Shown here: positions 1 through 10,486 of the stretch, piece by piece
Position numbering within the stretch: position 1 is the first letter of the stretch
Layout: every line of letters starts with the position of its first letter
NCBI RefSeq assembly: GCF_006345805.1
Contig: NC_043025.1
Location: 12,028,001 to 12,092,000, forward strand
Length of the DNA stretch: 64,000 nucleotides
DNA from: Octopus sinensis
Lineage: Eukaryota
Direction of reading: 5' to 3'
Notes under the pieces: generated by a model
Database searches by the model: none
What the model saw: the letters and a program-made list of their open reading frames with translations, nothing else
Told to the model about the DNA's origin: nothing
Made by a program: the position numbers and the translations under genes

Positions 1-1228
1 CGGAGTGGTTGGCGTTAGGAAGGGCATCCAGCTGTAGAAACATTGCCAGATAAGACTGGAGCCTGGTGCAGCCTTCTGGCTTCCCAGATCCCCAGTCGAA
101 CCGTCCAACCCATGCTAGCATGGAGAACGGACGTTAAACGATGATGATGATGATCATGATGATTTAGCTGCTGTGATTTGTGGAGCAAGTAACCCTGTCA
201 GAAGGTCCTGTGTTGGCGTGTAGTTGGGAGGGGAGACGATACGGGGAGATGGGGAGATACTGTGAGAAAGACAGAGAGAAAAAGGAAGGAGTGGCTGTGA
301 GGTAAGTAGCTTGCTAACCAACCACATGGTTCCGGGTTCAGTCCCACTGCGTGGCACCTTGGGCAAGTGTCTTCTACTGTAGCCTCAGGCCGACCAAAGC
401 CTTGTGAGTGGATTTGGTAGACGGAAACTGAAAGAAGCCTGTCGTATATATGTATGTATATATATATATGTGTGCCTGTGTGTTTGTGTGTCTGTGTTTG
501 TCCCCCTAGCATTGCTTGACAACCAATGCTGGTGTGTTTACATCCCCGTCACTTAGCCGTTTGGCAAAAGAGACCGATAGAATAAGTACTGGGCTTACAA
601 AAAGAATAAGTCCCGGGGTCGAGTTGCTCAACTTAAAGGTGGTGCTCCAGCATGGCCGCAGTCAAATGACTGAAACAAGTAAAAGAGAGTAAAAGAGTAT
701 AGAAAGAAAGGAGAGACTGAGAGGTGAGGAGAAACTCGGAGAGAGAGAGGAGAGGGAGATTCAGAAAGAGATAGGAAAGTGAGAGAGAGGAAGGGCAGAG
801 ACACAGAGAAAGAAGAAAAGAAAATCACATCACAGGGGGAAAGAGACAGAGAGAGAGAGAAGAAGGAACTATGTGGTAACAGCAGAAATGTGGGATCTTT
901 TCCGTTTGACCGGCAGTTTTTTAAAATAATTTCCACCTAACTAAACACTTTTAAACTTCATATACTGGTAGAATGTGTTTATAAAACATCTTTTTCTCTT
1001 GGCTTTATTGAGAAAATTCTATAATTGACAGCAACAAGGCAACGATATAGCCGCTAAGTGGTCACTGGACGTGCTAGAAATAGCAGCCGAATATCGACCC
1101 CGGGACTTATTCTTTTTGTAAGCCCAGTACTTATTCTATCGGTCTCTTTTGCCGAACCGCTAAGTGACTGGGACGTAAACACACCAGCATCGGTTGTCAA
1201 GCAATGCTAGGGGAACAAACACACACAC

Positions 1229-1329
<101 letters not shown>

Positions 1330-1867
1330 GACAGGCTTCTTTCAGTTTCCGTCTACCAGATCCACTCACAAGGCACTGGTCGGCCCGGGGCTATAGCAGA
1401 AGACACTTGCCCAAGGTGCCACGCAGTGGGACTGAACCCGGAACCATGTGGTTGGTTAGCAAGCTACTTACCACACAGCCACTCCTGCGCCTAGATGTTG
1501 AAGATGAAAACAAAACAGATTGGATCTGGGTTTTAAAGTATTAAAGATCGTTGCCACTCACCGATTTACGTGTGTCAGATGATCCAAGCAAACTCCGATT
1601 GAAATGAATGTCACGGACGCCGCACCAGTCATAGCTGGCCGTTGTCAATGACAACCGACAACAAATTTAGCGCGCGCACCTACACACACACACACCACAC
1701 ACACACACATACGCTATCTCTATCTCTCTCTCTCCATCTCTCTCTCTCTCCATCTCTCTATCTCTCTATCTCTCCATCTCTCTATCTCTCTATCTCTCTA
1801 GTCAACCGCGTCCTCCACTTCATTTTTTTTTTTGTTAATCACTCATTCTCATTTAATTGTATATAAG

Positions 1868-2175
1868 GGCGATCTTTCGTCTCTAGTAGACCTTTCCGTC
1901 GATTTCCGTAAAAAAAATTTTTTTTTTTACATATGGGCTTGCGGGAACTTTTGAAGTAATATACATACATATACACAGATACATAGATACATACACACAC
2001 ACACACACCATAGATACATACACATACACACATACATGCATACATACATATACACATACACCGAGTAAAAAATTTCAGTTATCTCTTTCTTTCACACATT
2101 ACTCTGTCTCTTCACACACACTAACAGAAGCACTTCACTTACACAACCCCCTGTCTGTCTCCCACACCCCATCAA

Positions 2176-2206
<31 letters not shown>

Positions 2207-2415
2207 CATCAATGCTTCACATGCACGGTAACTTCAAAAGAACTTCCCTCATCATACAATCGCTTTCTCTTAGTCTCTTTCTCTCTCATTACTTCAAAAG
2301 TTCCCGCAAGCCCATATGTAAAAAAAAAAAAAATTTTTACGGAAATCGACGGAAAGGTCTACTAGAGACGAAAGATTGCCTCGACGGAAAGGTCTACTAG
2401 AGACGAAAGATTGCC
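1868..2415. mobile_element. MITE with ~95-bp terminal inverted repeats
   Basis: GGCGATCTTTCGTCTCTAGTAGACC... mirrored at 2288-2380; the last 35 bp are duplicated (2381-2415); TA-rich flanks. Confidence 0.7.
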
Positions 2416-2707
2416 TATATTTTAATTGTTTGTTTATTCATACGTTTCGTCTCATTCGATACCCTGACCCTCAACGTTTGTTTTTGTCTGTCCCCATATT
2501 GTCCCCTCTTTTTCTCAACCTTATGGTGAATAAAGAAATACTCTCTCTCTCTCTCTCTCTCTCATCCACACATGGCTCACACTCTTCTCTTCTCGTTCTT
2601 TCTTTCTCTCTTTCTCACTCTCATACACACGCAGATACTCTTTCTCTCTCTTTTCTTTCTTTCCCTTTCATTTTCTTTTTCTTTCTCATTACACACTTAT
2701 ATGATGG

Positions 2708-3328
2708 CTGCCCCCTCAGCATCATAGGAAGACCCTTCCCATATACATACATACATGATGATGGCTGACCCCTCGTTATCGAGTATGGCTATTGCACGAA
2801 GCTTAACTTATTGGTGCTGTGATCGAATGTGACTTTTTAGCCCAGCTAAAGATCTACAATGTCTTGTACAGAATTGGCAACTAAAACCTTTACCGGCCAA
2901 CAGCCGGCTGTAGTTGTAACTGGGCTTCATGTACCTTTGCATGTCGTTTAAGTCCTCCTGCCGAATTACACTCTCTTCCACATGCCCGACAGATATGATT
3001 AGTATGGTGTGTTACACCACCACCAGTGGCCAGGTTGTCACTCATCTGTCTCGCTTTATGACTACGAAGATGACTCTTGAGTCCAGCTTTACTGAGGCAG
3101 GGTCTTGCACAGACACTGCATGTCAGCATCATAGGAAGACCCTTCCCATATACATACATACATGATGATGGCTGCCCCCTCGTTATCGAGTATGGCCATT
3201 GCACGAAGCTTAACTGTTACTGGTGCTGTGATCGAATGTGACTTTTTAGCCCAGCTAAAGATCTACAATGTCTTGTACAAAATTGGCAGCTAAAACCTTT
3301 ACTGGCAATAGCCGGCTGTAGTTGTAAC
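2708..3328 (-). mobile_element. RTE-clade LINE 3' end (C2H2 zinc-finger tail), partly duplicated in tandem
   Basis: CSVCARPCLSKAGLKSHLRSH, CRACGRECNSAGGLKRHAKVH, CQFCTRHCRSLAGLKSHIRSQH*, then a short UTR and (ATC)/(ATGT) tail; ~200-bp direct repeat. Confidence 0.75.
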
Positions 3329-3705
3329 AAAGATAAAGGTGTACAAGGCATGTGTACTCCCTTCTCTTCTCTATGCCTGCGAGACGTGGGTCACATATCG
3401 ATACCACCTTAAACAACTGGAACGTTTCCGTCAGATGTGTCTCAGACGGATCTACGGCATTAAGTTGGAGGACCGCATCAGTTATCTTGAAATATTGGAA
3501 GGCTCTCGGTGCGAAAGTATAGAAGCTCTTGTGTTAAAGCAAAGGCTCAGATGGAGTGGTCATGGTGAAGGATTCGAGGATGCCAAAACAACTCTTTTAT
3601 GGAGGGTTAGCTAAAGGAGAACGACCCCCTCATAAACTAAAAAAAAGAGGTATAAGGACTTGCTGAAGGCGTCCTTAAGAGATGCTTGCATCTCTCCTGA
3701 CAACA
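3329..3705 (+). mobile_element. RTE-clade LINE RT C-terminal fragment
   Basis: VYKACVLPSLLYACETW...LRWSGH, then frameshifted MPKQLFYGELAKGER. Confidence 0.9.
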
Positions 3706-4965
3706 TACTTATATACACGTATACGTAGATACCTACAAACATACGTAGATACCTACACACATACAGGCAAACACTCGCTCGATTTTCATTAAGAAAAACA
3801 AAAGGAAACATCGAAATTTTTGCGTGGAATTAAGTACCCTGATTCCCTAATATGCTGCAAATCCCGGAACTCACCTCAATAGACGTCATTGATTGGTTGA
3901 AATTGCCAAAATGCAAGAAATTTAACAAGAAATAGCTTACAAACTACAGAATTTTCTCAAGAAAGCCAAGAGAAAAAGATGTTTTATGTAACACATTCTA
4001 TCAGTATACGAAGTTTAAAAGTGTTTAGTTATAGGGTTTTAGGGTTAGGGTTTTAGGATTAGAGTTACGGTTTTAGGGTTAATGTTGCAGAAAAAAGTCA
4101 AAATTGAAGAAGTTGGGGGGGAAGGGGAGATTTTTCACAATGCCGATTTTTGGTAATTTCCCGGAACCTCTGTATCCGAAAACGGGGATTTTTGGCAAAA
4201 AAAAAAATTAAGTAAACAATAAGCGCAGGAGTGGCCGTGTGGTAAGTAGCTTGCTAACCAACCACATGGTTCCGGGTTCAGTCCCACTACGTGGCATCTT
4301 GGGCAAGTGTCTTCTGCTATAGCCCCGGGCCGACCAAAGCCATGTGAGTGGATTTGGTAGACGGAAACTGAAAGAAGCCTGTCGTATATATGTATGTATG
4401 TGTGTATATGTTTGTGTGTCTGTGTTTGTCCCCCTAGCATTGCTTCACAACCGATGCTGGTGTGTTTACGTACCCGTAACTTAGCGGTTCGGCTAAAGAG
4501 ACCGATAGAATAAGTACTGGGCTTACAAAGAATAAGTCCCGGGGTCGATTTGCTCGACTAAAGGCGGTGCTCCAGCATGGCCGCGGTCAAATGACTGAAA
4601 CAAGTAAAAAAGTAAAGAGTAATAAATTTGTTGAAAATGGCGAGGGGGGGGGGCGGAAGTGTTTCCCAAATCATTTGAGCAGGTTGTTCTACTAGAAATT
4701 GTAGAAATCTTTCTCGGATTATGAAAGATTTGCTTTACACATGTATATACATCTGTATATATCTTTTCACTGTTTTATATTAGCATCGAGTGTAAATATT
4801 TAAGATTAATATCTACAGATTTTCTATAGAAATTATCCCCTACACTGATTTCGTTTCAGATTTTTTTGTTCGTCCATCAGCACCCATCCGACCCATTAAT
4901 TATTCACAAACTCATTGCTTAAACAACCACGAAATATAGCAGTGTAATATTATTGGATATACCAT

Positions 4966-5117
4966 AGGCGCAGGAGTGGCTGTGTGGTAAGTAGTTCCGG
5001 GTTCAGTCCCACTGCGTGGCATCTTGGGCAAGTGTCTTCTGCTATAGCCCCGGGCCGACCAATGCCTTGTGAGTGGATTTGGTCGACGGAAACTGAAAGA
5101 AGCCTGTCGTATATATG

Positions 5118-5148
<31 letters not shown>

Positions 5149-5345
5149 CTGTGTTTGTCCCCCTAACAGCATCGGTTGTCAAGCAATGCTAAGTGACGTC
5201 TCCGTCACTTAGTGGTTCGGCTAAAGAGACCGATAGAGTAAGTACTGGGCTTACAACAGAATAAGTCCCGGGGTCGATTTGCTCGACTAAAGGCGGTGCT
5301 CCAGCATGGCCGCAGTCAAATGACTGAAACAAGTAAAAGAGTAAA
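4966..5345 (+). mobile_element. tRNA-derived SINE family A (CORE-like domain ccttgggcaagt); representative copy
   Basis: Head AGGCGCAGGAGTGGCTGTGTGG with B-box GGTTCAGTCCC, (GTAAAAGA)n tail. Other copies at about 288-700+, 1097-1470-, 4222-4622+, 17690-18253+, 25829-26220+, 37985-38393-, 39890-40270-, 40312-40718+, 43039-43455+, 45275-45635, 45995-46360-, 54158-54535+ and 55860-56370-. Confidence 0.85.
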
Positions 5346-5577
5346 CCCATTGCTTAAACAACCACGAAATATAGCAGTGTAATATTATTGGATATACCAT
5401 GTTTATATATCAAACACATTCCTGGAAGCTGGTGCGTAAATATTACTGTTGAATAAGGAAATGGGGTGTCTTCATCGAATACCAATTGTTTTCGAACTCC
5501 TTTCCGATATTTGTTCCACACCGAGTAACAGACACTCCCTTGTCCTCGCTGTCTTAGTGCAGGGATTGGCGGCTTAC

Positions 5578-5609
5578 CTGGCGACGAGGAACGGCAACGT
5601 TTTTATCGA
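5578..5609 (-). other. Putative 32-nt internal exon of the divergent transcript
   Basis: Minus strand: long pyrimidine tract ...ttttgcaattAG | 32 nt | CAG-GTAAGC donor. Confidence 0.45.
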
Positions 5610-6713
5610 CTAATTGCAAAATGACAGGAAATTCAAAAGGAAAAAACGAAGGCATAATCTATATAAATTGGAGTGTTTATCAATTGAGGGGGGAAAAAAA
5701 TCGTAATGACGGATTTCGTATTGAACGTGTCACCTTTACTAAATAATTACGGAAAGTGTGTGGATGTGTGTGTGTGTGTGTGAAGAGAGAGAGAGTGCGT
5801 GTAAGAGAGAGAGGGAGTGTGTGAGAAAGAGAGAGGGAATGTATTTATGCGTGTATGTGTGTGTGTGTGTGAGAGAGAGAGAGAGTACGTGTAAAAGAGA
5901 GAGAGAAAGAGAGTGTCTATGTAGGAGAGAGAGTGTGAGTGAGAAAGAGAAAGAGTGTGTGTTTATGTGTCTGATAAAGAGAGAGAATGTATATGTATGT
6001 GTGTATCTGTGTGCGTGTATGTGTGTGTATCTGTGTAGATGTATGTGTGTGTATGTATCTGTGTGCGTGTATCTGTGTGCGTGCATGTGTGTGTGTATCT
6101 GTGTGTGTCTGTATCTGTGTGTGAGAAAGAGAGAGAGTGCGTGTAATAGAGAGACAGAGAGTGTGTCTATGTAGGAGAGAGAGTGTGTGTTTGTGTCTGA
6201 GAAAGAGGGAATGTATTTATGCGTCTGTATATGTATGTGTATATCTGTGTGCGTGTATGTGTGTGTGTGAGAGAGAGAGAGTACGTGTAAGAGAGAGAGG
6301 GAGCGTGTGAGAAAGAGAGAGAGGGAATGTAGGATCTATGCGTGTGTGTATATCTGTGTGCGTGTATGTGTGTGTGTGAGAGAGAGAGAGAGAGAAAGAG
6401 TGCGTGTAAGAGAGAGAGAGTGTGTGTGTTTATGTGTCTGAGAAAGAGAGAGAGAGGGAATGTATTTATGTGTGTGTATATGTATTTATATCTGTGTGCG
6501 TGCATGTGTGTGTAGCTGTGTGCATGTATGTGTGTATCTGTGTGCGTGCGTGTATGTGCATATCTGTGTGCATGTATATATATATCCGTGTGCGTGTATG
6601 TGTGTGTATGTGTCTGTATCTGTGCTCGTGTATGTGTGTGTATCTGTGTGCCTGTATGTGTGTATGTCTGTGTATATCTGTGTGTGTGTGAGCACGTGTG
6701 TCAATCACTGCCA

Positions 6714-6723
6714 GCGCATGCGC
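6714..6723. promoter_or_regulatory. NRF1-type palindrome GCGCATGCGC
   Basis: Exact core motif in a CpG-containing island about 1.1 kb upstream of the SFSWAP ATG. Confidence 0.45.
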
Positions 6724-6813
6724 ACAAACATCGACACGAACCGTGCGGCGATCGCCATTTTCCCGTTAATAACCTCCAAACTGTTTATTTCTATTGTCTC
6801 TTGTCACACTCAC

Positions 6814-7030
6814 CTGTACGTGTCGCTCGTTCCCGTTCCTCTCATGTGCTGAGTATCTCGTTTTCCCATCAAGCACACCTCTTCACACACATCCAAACCT
6901 TTTCGATCCTCGTTTTCTCCCCTCAATCATTCACAATCGCGGAAAACACCAAAGCCCTTTCGTCTTCTTCCTTCACTCCATAATAAGGTATCTTTTCATT
7001 TCTTCCGCCTCTGTTTCTCTCTCTCTCTGT
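6814..7030 (-). other. Putative first exon of a divergent minus-strand transcript
   Basis: Perfect donor CAG|GTGAGT on the minus strand at 6813/6814 in non-repetitive CpG-containing sequence; 5' boundary is a guess. Confidence 0.45.
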
Positions 7031-7048
7031 CCGTCTCCTTCTCGTAAA

Positions 7049-7084
<36 letters not shown>

Positions 7085-7340
7085 GCACATCTGTCTATCT
7101 GCCTATCAATCGCTTTAGCTATCTATCTATCTATCAATCACTCTATCAATCTATCACTCTATCAATCTATCACTCTATCAATCTGTTAATCTATCAATCT
7201 ATCTATCTATCTATCTATCAATCTATCACTATCAATCTATTAATCTATCTGTCTATCTACCTATCTATCTATCTATCTATCTATTTATCAATCTATCACT
7301 CTATCAATCTATCTATCTGTCTATCTATCTATCAATCTGC

Positions 7341-7393
<53 letters not shown>

Positions 7394-7809
7394 ACTCTAT
7401 CAATCACTTTACCTATCTATCTATACATGCACACACGCACATACATACATGTCTCTGGTTTTAGCACATTTCTTCATAGCCTACAAATCTCTTCACCATC
7501 GTCATCATCATCATCATTCACCATAACCCTTCTCTAATTGTTTCTCCCTCATATATACACACACACACATATATATACATGTCCCCCTTGTTTCCCACAC
7601 TGCCTGTCGTGTACGTTTCCCAAACCCTTATCCCACCTCTCGACCCCGACGATCACCCACGAAATTTCCCCGAATCGCCACGACCACCACCACCACCAAA
7701 AGAGAAGGGCAACCAGAGGCGATTTGTCTTTTAAACAACAAATTATTGGCTCTACTCGACCCCGCAAAAACGAAAGAGGTGAGGACCTCCCCAACCGACC
7801 GACCCTACA

Positions 7810-7991
7810 ATGGCTAACCCGTGGCTGACAACTCCAGAGGTGACCAAGACAGAAGAGAAATCCGAACATGAGGAACTCCTGGTCTTCGGCTACGCCTGCA
7901 AACTCTTCCCGTTCGACGAGAAAGCTGCCTACATCGAAGAAGAGAAGCACCTGATACCCTGGATGGACGACCAAACCATTATGATAGACAG
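7810..7991 (+). CDS. SFSWAP: SFSWAP coding exon 1 (DRY_EERY start)
   Basis: MANPW...[40 protein letters not shown]; donor CAG|GTCTGT, phase 2. Confidence 0.92.
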
Positions 7992-8556
7992 GTCTGTGAT
8001 TACCGACGGATGATTGCTTAAAAGGTTTCGATTTAAACTTTCGAATTTTTTGAAATTCCAAATATTTTCTTCTTCTTTTTTTCTTTTTTTTTCTTTTTTT
8101 TTCCCGTTCTTCTTCCTCTTCTTCTCCTTCTTCTTCTTCTTCATCTCCTTTTTACGATCTTCCTTCTTGGGAGTTGGGGGTCCGAGCTCCCCTCCTATCT
8201 CCACCTCTCTCTCTTATTTTTGGTTCATATTTGCTCTTTGGCATTTTGGGGATATATATATATATATATATATATGTATATGTATGTATATGTGTATATG
8301 TATATGTACATGTATATATGTACAGGTGTATATGTATATATGTATATGTATGTATGTATATGTATATGTACATGTATATATGTACAGGTATATATGTACA
8401 GGTATATATGTATATATATATATGTACAGGTGTATATGTATATATATGTATGTATGTATATGTATATATATGTATGTATGTACATGTATATATGTACATG
8501 TATATATGTACATGTATATGTATATATGTACATGTATATGTATATATGTACATGTA

Positions 8557-8587
<31 letters not shown>

Positions 8588-10451
8588 TTATGTATATGTA
8601 TGTATATATGTATATATATATATGTATGTATATATATATATGTATATATTTATGTATATGTATATATATGTATGTATATATTTATGTATATGTATATATA
8701 TGTATGTATATATTTATGTATATGTATATTTATGTATATGTATATATATGTATATATATATGTATGTATATATTTATGTATATGTATATATATGTATATA
8801 TATATGTATGTATATATTTATGTATATGTATGTATATATTTATGTATATGTATGTATATATATATGTATGTATATATATATATGTATGTAGATATTTATG
8901 TATATGTATGTATATATATATGTATGTATATATATATCTATATATATGTATATATATATATATATAAATTAGAAAAAAACCCACCATTTATCAATTCAAA
9001 ATGAACAATTAAATTATACCATCAAGAAAATTACATAGAATAGAAATATTAAATATAAAATAACAATAATATATCACTAATTAAGTAAATTGCAAAATGA
9101 TAAATAAATAAATATATGCGTTTTATTTATTAATTTACAATTTACTTAATCAGTGATATATTATTTTATATTTGATATTAAATATTTCTATTATATGTAA
9201 TTTAATTGTTCATTTTGAATTGATAAAAGGTGGGTTTTTCCTGATTCTATATATATTTGGCGATAAATATGGTTCACTTTTACGAAGGTGGTGTCAAATT
9301 AGATTAGTCAACAATGATTGGGGACTACAATAACTAGGCTATCGAAGCGATTTGTGTGTGTGTATATATATATTTATAATATATATATATGTAGGTGTAA
9401 AATGTGTGTGTGTATATATATAGGTATACTTGTAAAATTAGATATGTATTTATAGATATATGTAGTGTGTGTGTATGGCAGCATATGTGTACACATGTAT
9501 CTATATGTATATCTAGTGTGTGTGTATATATATATATATATAGGTATATGTGTAAGATATATATATATATATATACCGGAGTAAACACATAAATGTGAAA
9601 CAAGGTGGAAAAAAGAGTACTCAAATACCAGTGGTAGAGTAATATGCTTTATTTAAAGCAAAAACTGTCCGACGAACGGCAACGGGAAACTCAGAGTAAC
9701 AGGTTTTGTTGAATTTTCTGCTGCTTTAAATAAAGTATATATATATATACATACGTACATATATACATACAAACATACCAACATACATACAAACATATAT
9801 ATATATATATGGCAATCCTTCGATATAACTTGACAAAATCAAAACATTTCACTTGGGGTATTTCCGTGGGTTGTGGAGTATGGTGGACATAACGAGATTA
9901 TGCCAGCAATGTCTCTTATTTGTTCTCACCTGTTTCAGGTGTGTATGTAAAATCTGCAAATTTCCAAGCAGGAAACAGAATCGAACTGTCATTTGCTTCC
10001 ACAGAAACACCTGGGGTGAAGTGTTTTGATTTTGCCGAATCATATCGAAAGAATGCCATATATATGTGTGTGTGTGTGTGTGCATGGCTGCATACATCTA
10101 TGTATATATACACACATGTATCTATATCTAGTGCATGTATGTGTGTGTGTGTGTGCATATATATATATATATCACGTGATCACGTGACTGACCAGGCTAT
10201 CAGATGTTACTACACATCGCTGGTCACAATGCGCTTCGCATTGTTTTAGCCTTCGAACGACACCGCCCCGCTGGCTACGGAAGAAAGTTGTGGTGAAAGA
10301 GTACAGCAGGGATCACCACCCCCTGCTGGAGCCTTGTGGAGCTTTTAGGTGTTTTCGCTCAGTAAACACACACAACACCTGGTCCCGGGAATCGAAACCG
10401 TGATCCTCCGACCGCGAGTCCGCTGCCCTAACCACTAGGCCATTGCGCCTC

Positions 10452-10486
<35 letters not shown>

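Noticed and set aside
4030-4082. TTAGGG-like runs (also ~13645, ~56635, ~63275)
   Set aside because: Short, degenerate and mostly internal to MITE families; not telomeric arrays or a telomerase template.
8014-9004. Long ORFs (317, 276, 223 aa) and similar Y/I/C/V/H/T-rich ORFs elsewhere
   Set aside because: Translations of (TA/TG/CA)n microsatellites.
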